DNA of 63,951 nucleotides, filler included, from Licmophora abbreviata (Eukaryota), in assembly GCA_900291995.1 (NCBI GenBank). It is 16 parts of 16 records of this genome, joined end to end, with 100 filler letters (N's around TTAATTAATTAA, not from the genome) between each part and the next. Parts side by side here need not be neighbours in the genome. Positions count along the whole stretch, not along the records: positions 27,536 to 33,525 come from OLMU01003763.1; positions 33,626 to 36,596 come from OLMU01003764.1; positions 36,697 to 45,054 come from OLMU01003765.1; 13 more parts are not named here. One strand, 5' to 3'. Shown piece after piece: positions 29,770 to 39,663 of this stretch. The position numbers and the translations under genes were made by a program. Under the pieces are notes generated by a model. It was not told the origin of the DNA, ran no database searches, and saw only the letters and a program-made list of their open reading frames with translations. Every line of letters starts with the position of its first letter. Position 1 is the first letter of the stretch.

Positions 29770-31293
29770 TTAGCCTTCCTTGAGTGTTTCGGCATTTTGC
29801 GCGAGATGCTCTTCTGCGAGTTGCATCTTCTGGAGTTTGCCGATCGCATTGCGTGGCAAGGCCTCCAGGAAGCGAATGGATTTGGGGGTCTGCACCGGGC
29901 CAAGCCGTTCCCGGATGAAGGCAATGATATCCTCTGCGCTTGCGGCCTTGGCGTCGCGGACCTGCACGGCGGCATGGACGGCCTCGCCCCATTTTTCGTC
30001 GGGCACGCCATAGACGGCGCAATCGATGATTTCGGGATGTTCGCCCATCACCGTCTCGACATCGGCTGGATAGACGTTGAAGCCGCCGGTGATGATCATC
30101 TCCTTGGCGCGCCCCCGGATGAACACATAGCCATCCTCGTCCTTCAGACCCAGATCGCCAGTATGCAGCCAGCCATCCACGAGGGTTCGCGCGGTGACAT
30201 CCGGCTGGTTCCAGTAGCCGGTCATCAACAAATCGCCGCGAATGACGATCTCACCGGTTTCGCCCGCCGGCAGGATCTTGCCCTGCGGGTCCATGATCTC
30301 GACCTGGCTGAGGAATGTCTCTCGTCCGACCGACGCGCGCTTGGCCGGGTCAAGCAGTTCTTGCGCCGAGATCATGGTCGCGATCTGTGGCGCCTCGGTC
30401 TGACCATAGGTCGAGGCAAGACAGGGGCCGAAAATCTTCTGCGCGCGCTCGATCGCATCGGGCCGCATGGGGCCTGCCCCGTAGATCAGATTGTTCAGGT
30501 GCGCGTAATCCGAAGCGCCGACAGCATCGAGTTCCATCAGCATATAGAGAACGGTCGGCGGCACGAAGGTGGTGGTGATCCCGGCATTCTGCAGGAAATG
30601 CAGAGTTTCCTCGGGCCGCGGCCGGTCCAGCAGAACAAGGGTACCGCCCGTGGCGAGGGTCGGAAGGATATAGGTGGAGGTTCCATGCGTGATCGGTGCC
30701 GCCGCCATATAACGCTGCCCCACGCCAAGCGACCAGGCCGTAACCTGGATCGCGATATTCGTGTTCCATGCGCGGTAGGGCTGCATCACGCCCTTGGGAA
30801 GACCGGTTGTGCCGCCCGTGAACTTGATCGCCTGCGTCGCCGATAGCGGCATGTCCGCGATGGCGGGTGTCTGCCCAGCGTGATCCTTTCCAAGCTGGGC
30901 CGTGGTGTCCGGACCGCCTTCGGGGTCGCAGATAAGGAACCGCGTGTCCGCACCATCGAGCTTGCCGACCGTATCGGGCTGCGCGATGACGATCGAGGCC
31001 TGGGTGAATTCGATGGCGCGCACCAGCTCGGTCTTGGCGTTCATCGGCTGAAGCGGAACCCAGACCTTGCCCGCCGCCAGAACGGCAAGCCAGCTCACCA
31101 GGTGGTCGATCGAGTTGTAGCAGCAGATCCCGACCCTGGAGCCGAACTCCGGATCAAGCGTCTGCAGACCCACGGCCAACGCCTGAACGCGGTCGTGAAG
31201 CGCCTTGTAGCTCAGGGTCCGGTCGCCATGCTCGACAGCGATATGATCCGGCCAAAGCCGGGCCGCGCGATCAAAGAAATGGATTGGATACAT
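29770..31293 (-). CDS. Acyl-CoA synthetase (AMP-forming)
   Basis: FTGGTTGLPKG, YGQTE, WLHTGDLG, GRAKEMIITGG and LPRNAIGK motifs. Confidence 0.93.
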   Translation of the reverse strand: MYPIHFFDRAARLWPDHIAVEHGDRTLSYKALHDRVQALAVGLQTLDPEFGSRVGICCYNSIDHLVSWLAVLAAGKVWVPLQPMNAKTELVRAIEFTQASIVIAQPDTVGKLDGADTRFLICDPEGGPDTTAQLGKDHAGQTPAIADMPLSATQAIKFTGGTTGLPKGVMQPYRAWNTNIAIQVTAWSLGVGQRYMAAAPITHGTSTYILPTLATGGTLVLLDRPRPEETLHFLQNAGITTTFVPPTVLYMLMELDAVGASDYAHLNNLIYGAGPMRPDAIERAQKIFGPCLASTYGQTEAPQIATMISAQELLDPAKRASVGRETFLSQVEIMDPQGKILPAGETGEIVIRGDLLMTGYWNQPDVTARTLVDGWLHTGDLGLKDEDGYVFIRGRAKEMIITGGFNVYPADVETVMGEHPEIIDCAVYGVPDEKWGEAVHAAVQVRDAKAASAEDIIAFIRERLGPVQTPKSIRFLEALPRNAIGKLQKMQLAEEHLAQNAETLKEG

Positions 31294-31305
31294 TCTTGTT
31301 GTGCC

Positions 31306-32091
31306 TCACGTCTTGAGGCCCACGCGGTTCAGCGCGTGGGTCATTACTTCTACGATTTCCTTGCGGCGTGCCGATCCAAGGCGCGATTTCAGGGCCGAGA
31401 CGGACAACCCGGCCTTCAAGCGGCCCGAACGGTCGAACACCGCCACCGCTATGGCGCTGACATCGGGGATGATGATCGAGTTATTCACAAGATACCGGTG
31501 CTCGCGCCAATGGCGGACCATGCGGCGCACTTCGGCGACGGTCAGATCGCCATAGCGGCCATAGACCTCGCTGTTGGAGGCAATCAGGTGATCGCAGGCA
31601 TCATCCGGCAGGGCGGCGAGGATCGCCGCACTTCCCGCGCCCACGCCAAGCGGACGCCTTGAGCCCACCTTGAGGGTGTTGGCACTCAGCGGATACGAGC
31701 CGGTGGCCGTGTCGATGCACAAAGCCTCATCGCCGAAGGGCACCGTCACATAGGCGGTTTCCCCGGTGATGGCGGCTGTTTCGGCCAGCGCGGGCCGCAG
31801 TTCCATGCGAACATCGTCGAATTGCCGGGGCGAACCCGACGCGCCGGCCAGATCGAATAGCCCGATGCCGAGCGTGTATATTTTCGAATAGGGGTCAAAA
31901 CTCAGAAGCCCGCCATCCACCAGCCCTTGCAGAAGCCTGCGCGCCGTTGCGGTCGTGAGGTTGGCCTTGCGTGCCACCGTCGACAGGGTGACGCCCGTGG
32001 CATTGCGCTCTGCAACGACCGGCAAAAGACGTATCGCCTTGGCCAGCGATGTTTCTGCGCGCCGGTCGGTGATGTCGTTCGCGTCGGACAC
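31306..32091 (-). CDS. IclR-family transcriptional regulator
   Basis: HTH TLSTVARKANLTTATARRLL..YTLG, GETAY and GSRRPLGVGAGS; likely GTG start at 32091 after GGAGG (the ORF track extends it to 32130). Confidence 0.9.
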   Translation of the reverse strand: MSDANDITDRRAETSLAKAIRLLPVVAERNATGVTLSTVARKANLTTATARRLLQGLVDGGLLSFDPYSKIYTLGIGLFDLAGASGSPRQFDDVRMELRPALAETAAITGETAYVTVPFGDEALCIDTATGSYPLSANTLKVGSRRPLGVGAGSAAILAALPDDACDHLIASNSEVYGRYGDLTVAEVRRMVRHWREHRYLVNNSIIIPDVSAIAVAVFDRSGRLKAGLSVSALKSRLGSARRKEIVEVMTHALNRVGLKT

Positions 32092-32175
32092 CGGCTTCCC
32101 CCTCCAGTTCAAGCCCGCTTGATACGGCATGTGCGGGAAAACCTCGGGGAGAGGGGTGTTGAAGTCCAGTCAAAA

Positions 32176-32215
32176 ATTATCAATTTGTGGTAAAAGTTTA
32201 TCATATAATGATAAA
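32176..32215. promoter_or_regulatory. Tandem palindromic operator (probable IclR site)
   Basis: Perfect TTTATCAT-ATA-ATGATAAA (32197-32215) plus a degenerate copy ATTATCAA-TTT-GTGGTAAA 21 bp away, in the AT-rich iclR promoter. Confidence 0.6.
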
Positions 32216-32387
32216 GATATATCCAACATTTTAAAAATAAACAATTAAATTCATGTTATAATTTTCGTCGGATTCTCTCGGCACATGTCACGGTCCGCCG
32301 TATTGGCCTTTGGCCAAGCCGATCATGCAATTCATCATGAATTCTTGTTTGAATGGTCTGGCGCGGGCCGGTTCGGCCCATGCCGGA

Positions 32388-34117
32388 TCAGGCGTGATCC
32401 TGCAGGATCATGTCGCTGGCCTTCTCTCCGATCATGATCGCCGGTGCATTGGTGTTTCCGGACACGATCCGCGGCATGATCGCGCAATCGGCAACCCGCA
32501 GACCGTCGATGCCGCGCACCCGAAGCCGGGGATCGACCACCGCTGCGTCATCCACACCCATGCGGCAGGTGCCTGTCGGATGATAGATCGTGGTCGAGTT
32601 GCGCCGGATCCAGTCCAGCGTGCCCGCGTCATCCTCGGCGGTGCCGGGGGCGGGATTGTGGCTGGTCGCGATTTTTTCAGCAAGCGGGCTGTGGCTGGCG
32701 ATGCTGCGGGCGATATTGACCCCGTCGATCATCGTGCGCCTGTCGGTTTCGGTCGCCAGGTAATTCGGTCTGATCGCCGGATGCATCTCGGGATCGGCGC
32801 TGCGCAGGCGGATCTCCCCGGTGCTTTCAGGGCGCAGCTGGCACACCGACATCGTGAAGGCCGAGAACGGATGCACCCCCTCGCCGGGGCTGTCGGCGGA
32901 CCAGGGTTGAATGTGGAACTGGATGTCTGGCGTTTCCAGATCGGGCCGGGTGCGCAGGAAGCCAAAGGCCAGACTGGCCGCCATCGCCATCGGCCCGCTG
33001 CGCCGCGCGGCATATTCCAGCGCGATCAGCCCTTTGCGAAAGAGCGACCGCACCTCGTCATTCAGGGTCGGTTCCTTGCAGCGATAGACCAGCCGTGCCT
33101 GCAGATGATCCTGCAGGTTGCGGCCCACCTGGTCGCGCTCCAGATGCATCTTGATCCCAAGCGACTCGAGATGCGCGCCATCGCCGATCCCTGACAGCAT
33201 CAGGATCTGTGGCGACCCGATCGCGCCCGCCGACAGGATGACCTCGCGCCGCGCCCGCATCTCGGACCGCGTGCCGCGCGCATCCCTCAGCCGCACGCCA
33301 TAGGCGTGCCCACCATCAATCAGCACGGCCTCGGTCAGGGTGCGCGTGAGGATGGTCAGGTTGGGTCTGGCCTTCACGTCGCGCGTCAGGAACGCCGCTG
33401 CCGCCGAACAGCGCCGCCCGTTTCTGGCGGTCAGTTGGAAATATCCAACCCCCTCCTGCGCGCCATCGTTGCAATCCGGGTTGAACGGGTAACCTGCTGT
33501 CTGTGCGGCCTCGATCCAGGCGTCGNNNNNNNNNNNNNNNNNNNNNNNNNNNNNNNNNNNNNNNNNNNNTTAATTAATTAANNNNNNNNNNNNNNNNNNN
33601 NNNNNNNNNNNNNNNNNNNNNNNNNCTCGATCCAGGCGTCGCAAATCGGGCGCGACATTCGAATGTCGCTGACCGCCAATGGCCCGCCCGCGCCATGTGC
33701 AGGACTGTCCCCGCGCTCCTGATCCTGCGAGCGTTTGAACAGCGGCAGCACATCGTCCCAGCCCCAGCCCGTATTGCCCGCCTGCGCCCAGCCGTCATAA
33801 TCCTGTGGTTGCCCCCGGACATACAACAAACCGTTCAGCGATGACGAGCCGCCCAATACCTTGCCGCGCGGCCAAGCCAGCGCTCTTCCGGCCAGCCCGT
33901 CGTCCTCTTCGGTGTGATAACACCAGTCGACCGCCGGGTTATGCATGGTCTTGAAATATCCCACCGGGATATGAATCCAGGGGTTGGTGTCGGGGCCACC
34001 GGCTTCGACCAGCAGCACGCGATTGGCGGGATCGGCGCTCAGCCGGTTGGCCAGCACGCAGCCCGCCGATCCGGCGCCGATCACGATGTAATCATATTCC
34101 GTCCCTCTGGCTGTCAT
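32388..34117 (-). CDS. GMC-family (choline-dehydrogenase-like) FAD oxidoreductase (false gap inside)
   Basis: YDYIVIGAGSAG, RGKVLGGSSSLNG, GRNLQDH, YHPTGTCRMG and SGNTNAP; the contig ends overlap and join in frame at DAWIEAAQ. Confidence 0.93.
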
Positions 34118-34190
34118 GCACCGTCGGTCCCGGTCCTGTGGTTTGGCCACGGCCGCCCGCAAGGGACGGCCGCGCCGGCAGTTTCCGCGA

Positions 34191-36131
34191 TCATGCCGCC
34201 GCCTCGGGCGCCTTTTTCTGTCGCGTCACGAAGGCATAGGCACACATCGGCAAGAACAGGGCGGCTTGTGCCAGGAAGAATATGTTTCCCTGATCCGTCA
34301 TTCCAAGGAAGCCTGCAAAGGCTGCCAGACCAATGGTCCAGCGTTCCCACCCCCTCAGGTTCCTGAACACGTGACCATAGCACGCGATTGACACCGTCAG
34401 CTGGATCAGCAGCACCTCCAGCAAAGGGGGTACCACAGCCCATGTCAGGTTCGGAAAGGTCATCAATTCGGGCGAGAAGACGAAGGCGAACGGAATGATG
34501 AAGGTGGTCAGCGCGATCTTCATCGATTCCCCGGCGGTCTTGAGGAAAGACGCATCCGCCAGTTTCGCCGCCGCCAGCACACTCACCGCGATTGGTGGCG
34601 TCAGCGTCGAGAAGACCGCGAAGTAGAACACGAAGAAATGCGCCTGAAGCGGCGGCACGCCGATTTGCTGCATGAACGGCACCAGCGCCAGCGCCACGAT
34701 TAGATAGGCCACCGGGGTCGGCAGACCCATGCCAAGCACCAGCGACACGCACATCGCGCCCAACAGCAGCAGAAGCTGGCTGTCCGGCAGATACTGCACC
34801 AGAACCGCGCCAAGACGGCCCGACAGGTTGGTGGTCAGCATGACCTGCCCCAAAGGTCCGACCGCGATCAACAGCAGCGACAGGATGGCGACCAGATAAA
34901 AGCCTTCTTCCATCGCACTATAGAGCCGCGTCCATTTCGGGCGGTATTTGCCCTGGAACATCGCAAGCCCGAGCGCGATGATGATGCCCCACATCCCCGC
35001 GATCGCCGGTGAGCGATAGCCAAGCAGCAGCCACAGCACCACACCGAACGAGATGACGAAGGTCGGCAACAGCCGGATGATCATCTCGCGGTCGACCTTC
35101 TCGGTCAGCTTCGGCAATTCGTGGCGACGCGCATAGATGACGATCGCGATGCCCACACCCACCAGATAAAGCAGGCCGGGGATCATCGCCGAAAGCGCCA
35201 CGTCGATATAGGGCAGGTTCAGGAAACTGGCGATGATGAAGGCGGCAAGCCCCAGGATCGGCGGCATGATCTGCCCCGCGGTCGAGGCGGTCGCCTCGAT
35301 TGCGCCCGCCATCGGCCCGCTATACCCATAGCGTTTCATCATCGGGATGGTGAGACGCCCCGTCAGCACCACGTTGGACACCGCCTGTCCCATGATCGAA
35401 CTCACGATGCCCGACCCGATCAGAGCGGGGCCAGCCGCGCCACCCGGAAGCCTGCGGCCCGTCGACTTGCCGACTTCCAGCACCATGTCCAACATGCCGA
35501 CGCCAAGCAGGATCGCCGCATAGATGATCAGGAAATAGATCGCGTCGGCAGCAACCTGCGCCAGATAATAGAAGCCCTGATTTGTTCCGAGGCCGATATA
35601 GTTCATCACGAATTCGGGCGAATATTGCGGGGTCACGAAAAGCGGGTTTTCGATTTTGTATCCAAGAAAGAAATACGCGATCGCAATAGATACCACCGTG
35701 GTCAGCAACCACCCCCAGTGGATAAAGGTCAGCATCAGGATCGAGATGGTCATCATCCAGCCGAAGATCATGTCGGTCTCGTTGAAGAACGGCTGTGAAA
35801 CCTCGAGCTGTTGGGCGTTCAGCCGCACATAGCCCATCGCGATCGTGGCCATCACAAGCCCTACGACCGCAAAAACCATGCGCGGCCAGAAGAAGGGGCG
35901 GATCGGCCGGATTATCTCGGTTTCCGGATCGGCGATGCCGAGCTTCTCGTCACACAGGTTACGCACCGCCAGAAGGCCGGTCATCATCACGATACCAAGG
36001 ATGAAATTGGAGTAATGCTCCGAAGAGTTGCTCGTGAATCCGAACGCGGCGAAGCCGATATAAATGGTCATCAACAAGCCGATCAGCAAGAACGGTATGT
36101 CGGTCGCTTTACGCAGAGTCTTCCAGGCCAT
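34191..36131 (-). CDS. TRAP transporter fused 4TM/12TM permease (TAXI type)
   Basis: AGAIEATASTAGQIMPP, LGMGLPT, AHFFVFYFA and TPPIA motifs. Confidence 0.92.
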   Translation of the reverse strand: MAWKTLRKATDIPFLLIGLLMTIYIGFAAFGFTSNSSEHYSNFILGIVMMTGLLAVRNLCDEKLGIADPETEIIRPIRPFFWPRMVFAVVGLVMATIAMGYVRLNAQQLEVSQPFFNETDMIFGWMMTISILMLTFIHWGWLLTTVVSIAIAYFFLGYKIENPLFVTPQYSPEFVMNYIGLGTNQGFYYLAQVAADAIYFLIIYAAILLGVGMLDMVLEVGKSTGRRLPGGAAGPALIGSGIVSSIMGQAVSNVVLTGRLTIPMMKRYGYSGPMAGAIEATASTAGQIMPPILGLAAFIIASFLNLPYIDVALSAMIPGLLYLVGVGIAIVIYARRHELPKLTEKVDREMIIRLLPTFVISFGVVLWLLLGYRSPAIAGMWGIIIALGLAMFQGKYRPKWTRLYSAMEEGFYLVAILSLLLIAVGPLGQVMLTTNLSGRLGAVLVQYLPDSQLLLLLGAMCVSLVLGMGLPTPVAYLIVALALVPFMQQIGVPPLQAHFFVFYFAVFSTLTPPIAVSVLAAAKLADASFLKTAGESMKIALTTFIIPFAFVFSPELMTFPNLTWAVVPPLLEVLLIQLTVSIACYGHVFRNLRGWERWTIGLAAFAGFLGMTDQGNIFFLAQAALFLPMCAYAFVTRQKKAPEAAA

Positions 36132-36226
36132 GGAACGTATCCCAGTCGGTTTGCTTGAAGTTTGAAGCTGAACAGCGAGCTGCCGCTACGGACGAAACCG
36201 CGGCCCTGCCTGCCTCGCTTTGAAAG

Positions 36227-36256
36227 GGCCGACCGATCCCGCAGGGTCGGTCGGCC
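36227..36256 (-). terminator. Stem-loop between the TAXI SBP and permease genes
   Basis: GGCCGACCGA...TCGGTCGGCC forms a 10-bp perfect stem. Confidence 0.55.
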
Positions 36257-36293
36257 AATGTCGTCACGACATATCGCCTTCAGGTGCAGGCGA

Positions 36294-37436
36294 TCACTTG
36301 ACCTCAGGATAGGTCATCGGGTCGCATTTCTCGGTCAGCTCCCACCATCCAAGCTCTTTGAACGCGCGGATCGCACCGGGATGGGCGTTTTCCTCGGACA
36401 GACCGCAGGTCATCAGCTCGGGGTTCCAGATGTTCCAGAGCGCGTGAAGCTCTTTCATCTTGGGTCCGATCTCGGCCACGGCCTTGACCAGCTTATAGGC
36501 GGTCTCTTCGCTGAAATCCTCATGCGCGGCCTTGTAGGCGCGGTTGAAGCCGATACCCAGAGGCTCGTCCTGATGCGGCAGCGTGTTGGGCGGCAGNNNN
36601 NNNNNNNNNNNNNNNNNNNNNNNNNNNNNNNNNNNNNNNNTTAATTAATTAANNNNNNNNNNNNNNNNNNNNNNNNNNNNNNNNNNNNNNNNNNNNAGCT
36701 TGTCGACGATTTCCTTGGTTACGCCGAGGTAGCAGATTTTCTTGCCTGTCGCCTCAAGCTGGCGCACCGGGCCGGGGATCAGGAAGTTGGTCAGCGTCGG
36801 CTCTGCGCCAATCGGGGTCACGGCGGCATCCGTCGCGCCGTCGATCAGCTGCTGTGTCAGCTGTCCGGGCGTCATGTGGCGGATATCCGTGTTCTCCGGC
36901 GTCACGCCATAGCCGTATTCCAGGAACAGCCGGCTGAACACGCCCCAGTCCGACTGGCCGCGCAGACCAAGCGAAATCCGCTTGCCCTTCAGATCGGCCA
37001 TCGTCTTGAGCGAGCAGTCGAAGGTCGCAAGGAATTTGCCCTGGCCCCACCATGCCTCACCGTAAAGCAGCTTCCACGGAATCTGCACCGGCTCGGGCAG
37101 GAATTCCGCCATGCTGCCCTGGCCACCCTGATAGGCGACCTGGATCAGCGTATCCTCGGTCGCGAAAATCGAGGTTTTTCGTTTCGATTCGTTCAACGCC
37201 ATTTCGCGGATGTTGTAATTGTAGCCCGGCGTCTCCTGCGGCAGGATCATGACATCGGATTGTGCCTGAATCAGCTGGTTCATCAGGATCGTGTCGCCTG
37301 CCATCGGCCCGCATCCAAAGGGGCAAAGCAGAACGGGGATGGCCTCTACGGCCTGTGCGGCACGGTCGCCGCCAGCAATCGCGGTCAGGCTGGTGACGGC
37401 GGCCAGCGCCAGAGTTTTCATTTTGAGTCGTGGCAT
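36294..37436 (-). CDS. TAXI-family TRAP solute receptor (interrupted by gap 36597-36696)
   Basis: Signal peptide, ETPG..YN, DLKGKRISLG, LIDG.TDA, LPPNTLP, EETAYKLVK and HPGAIRAFKELG; GGGAGG RBS. Confidence 0.85.
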
Positions 37437-37589
37437 ATGTTCCTCCCATAGGACTGTGCAATTTGGCGTTTCGGACCTGTTGGCCGCTGACGCGTTCTCA
37501 TTATGCAAGACAATCTATATCACTAGCTGGACGAATTGTCATCAACGCGATAGGCTCGAGGGAAGAATTTTACCCAAAGGAGGCGGTCC

Positions 37590-38357
37590 ATGGGGCTGGT
37601 TCAGGACAATCCGATCGAGGTTGCGGGGCGGTGCTATCTTGTGGCCGGTGCCTCAGGGGGATTGGCAAGGCCGATCGTTGCAGCACTTCTGAAGCGCGGC
37701 GCGCGGCTCGTTTTGATGGATACGGATGCAGCGGGCCTGGACGATGTGATCGCGGCCCATGGTTCGGAAAACGCGCTCTCCTTCACAGGCGACATCACCG
37801 ACAAGGCCGCTCTGGATGCAGCCGTCGATTTGGGGCAGACCCGCTTTGGCCGTCTCGACGGTGGGCTGAACGCCGCTGGATTGTTGCCCATCGCGGCCTC
37901 CGACACGATGGACGTCGAACTGTTTCGCCGCTGCATAGATGTGAACCTGACCGGCGCGTTCCTCTTCAGTCAGGCTTTGGCGCCCGCTTTGCGTGCCGCA
38001 GGCGGCGGCCGCATCCTGCATATCGCGTCGGTCTCAAGCACGGTCTCAAATCCCGCCTATGCCGCCTATGCAGGCTCCAAGGGCGGTCTGGCGCAGGTCG
38101 TGCGCGTGCTGGGCCGCGAATGGGGGCCCGATGCGATCACGGTCAATGCCATCGGTCCGGCGCTCACCGAAACGGATCTGACCCGGGACTATCTTTCGAA
38201 TCCCGCCTTCCGCGCCAAGGCAATCAGTGACATTCCCATGGGACGCCTCGGCCTGCCCGAGGATCTGATCGGGCCGGCTTTGCTGCTCTTGGGTCCCGGT
38301 GGCGCCTTCATCACCGGGCAAACCATCTACGTTGACGGAGGACGCACCCTTGTCTGA
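37590..38357 (+). CDS. Short-chain dehydrogenase/reductase
   Basis: GASGGLA, NAAG, YAGSK and FITGQTIYVDGG motifs; AAAGGAGG RBS. Confidence 0.9.
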   Translation: MGLVQDNPIEVAGRCYLVAGASGGLARPIVAALLKRGARLVLMDTDAAGLDDVIAAHGSENALSFTGDITDKAALDAAVDLGQTRFGRLDGGLNAAGLLPIAASDTMDVELFRRCIDVNLTGAFLFSQALAPALRAAGGGRILHIASVSSTVSNPAYAAYAGSKGGLAQVVRVLGREWGPDAITVNAIGPALTETDLTRDYLSNPAFRAKAISDIPMGRLGLPEDLIGPALLLLGPGGAFITGQTIYVDGGRTLV

Positions 38358-39663
38358 CAGCGCATCCCATCGTGGCCTCGCCGCTCAGCGCCGCGCGGCG
38401 ACCCACGCCGCCGACCCGGAGGCTCTAGCCGAGCTGATCTACACCGCCGCCTCGACAGGTGAGGACCGCATCGGCGCATGGGAGGTGCTGGACCGCGACG
38501 CTATCGTGGAACAGGCGGGCCGCCTGATGACGCGCCCGAACTGGCAGGATCTGCCGCTGGCCGGTGTCGCCGTCGGGGTGAAGGACATTTTCGACACGTC
38601 CGATTTCGTGACGGCCTATGGCTCGCCGATCTATGCCGGGAACCGTCCGGCGGCGGATGCGGCCGCAGTTGCGGCTCTTCGCGGGGCAGGGGCGATCCTG
38701 CCGGGCAAGACGGTAACCACTGAATTCGCCTATTGGAAAGCCGGCAAGACGCGCAATCCTCGCAACCCGGATCACAGCCCCGGTGGCTCGTCGGCGGGAT
38801 CCGCCGCCGCTGTTTCTGCGGGCATGGTCCCCTTGGCCATCGGCTCGCAAACAGCCGCCTCGACGATCCGGCCCGCCGCCTATTGCGGCATCGTGGGCTT
38901 CAAGCCCAGCCTGCACCGGATCAGCCTTGCAGGCGTCAAGGGGCTGGCGGGCTCGATGGACACCGCCGGGTGCTTCGCGCGCGATGTGGCGGATGTGGCG
39001 AGCCTTGCCAGCGTGTTGGCAGGCCGCCCGGATTGGCGCGACCCGGCTGGCCCCGGCGCACCTGCGCCATCCCTGCATCTCGCCGTCACGCCCGAATGGG
39101 ACACGGCCTCGCCCTGGATGCGCGACGCGCTCGACAGCATCGTCGCATCGCTGGCCGCGCTCGGCGCGCCCGTCACACGGGCGCCCGCGCCAGCCGCCTT
39201 CACCCCGCTGGCGCAGGTGCAGACCCGCCTGATGGCCGCCGAAGCCGCCCGCGACCTTGCGACCGAAGCACGCTTTCACCGCCATAGCCTGAGCGAGCCT
39301 CTGCAGGAGTTGATCTCCACCGGGCAGGCGATGCCCCCTGACCAGCAAGAGGCCGATTACACCGCGCGCGACACCGCCTTGGCGCAGCTTGACGCGCTCT
39401 TTGCCGGGGCGGACCTCCTCTTGGCGCCAAGCGCCCTGGACGAAGCCCCCAGGTTCGAGACCGGCACCGGCAGTCCCGATCTCAGCCGTGCATGGACCCT
39501 CCTCGGTCTGCCCTCGATCACGCTGCCCGCAGGGCTTGGCCCCAACGGCCTGCCAATGGGCCTTCAGCTTGCCGCGCGGCCGGCCCGGGATCGGGCTCTT
39601 CTGCAAGCGGCCCGCTGGATCGAAGCACACCTGGCACCGGACAGGCGCCATGCAGTCGCTTGA
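38350..39663 (+). CDS. Amidase-signature-family amidase
   Basis: VKDIFD, GKTVTTEFA, PGGSSAGSAA and GSQTAASTIRPAAYCG; likely TTG start at 38350. Confidence 0.9.
   Translation: MSDSASHRGLAAQRRAATHAADPEALAELIYTAASTGEDRIGAWEVLDRDAIVEQAGRLMTRPNWQDLPLAGVAVGVKDIFDTSDFVTAYGSPIYAGNRPAADAAAVAALRGAGAILPGKTVTTEFAYWKAGKTRNPRNPDHSPGGSSAGSAAAVSAGMVPLAIGSQTAASTIRPAAYCGIVGFKPSLHRISLAGVKGLAGSMDTAGCFARDVADVASLASVLAGRPDWRDPAGPGAPAPSLHLAVTPEWDTASPWMRDALDSIVASLAALGAPVTRAPAPAAFTPLAQVQTRLMAAEAARDLATEARFHRHSLSEPLQELISTGQAMPPDQQEADYTARDTALAQLDALFAGADLLLAPSALDEAPRFETGTGSPDLSRAWTLLGLPSITLPAGLGPNGLPMGLQLAARPARDRALLQAARWIEAHLAPDRRHAVA

Noticed and set aside
32388..34117. Calling the GMC enzyme betA
   Set aside because: No betB, betI or choline transporter is nearby, and family motifs do not specify the substrate.
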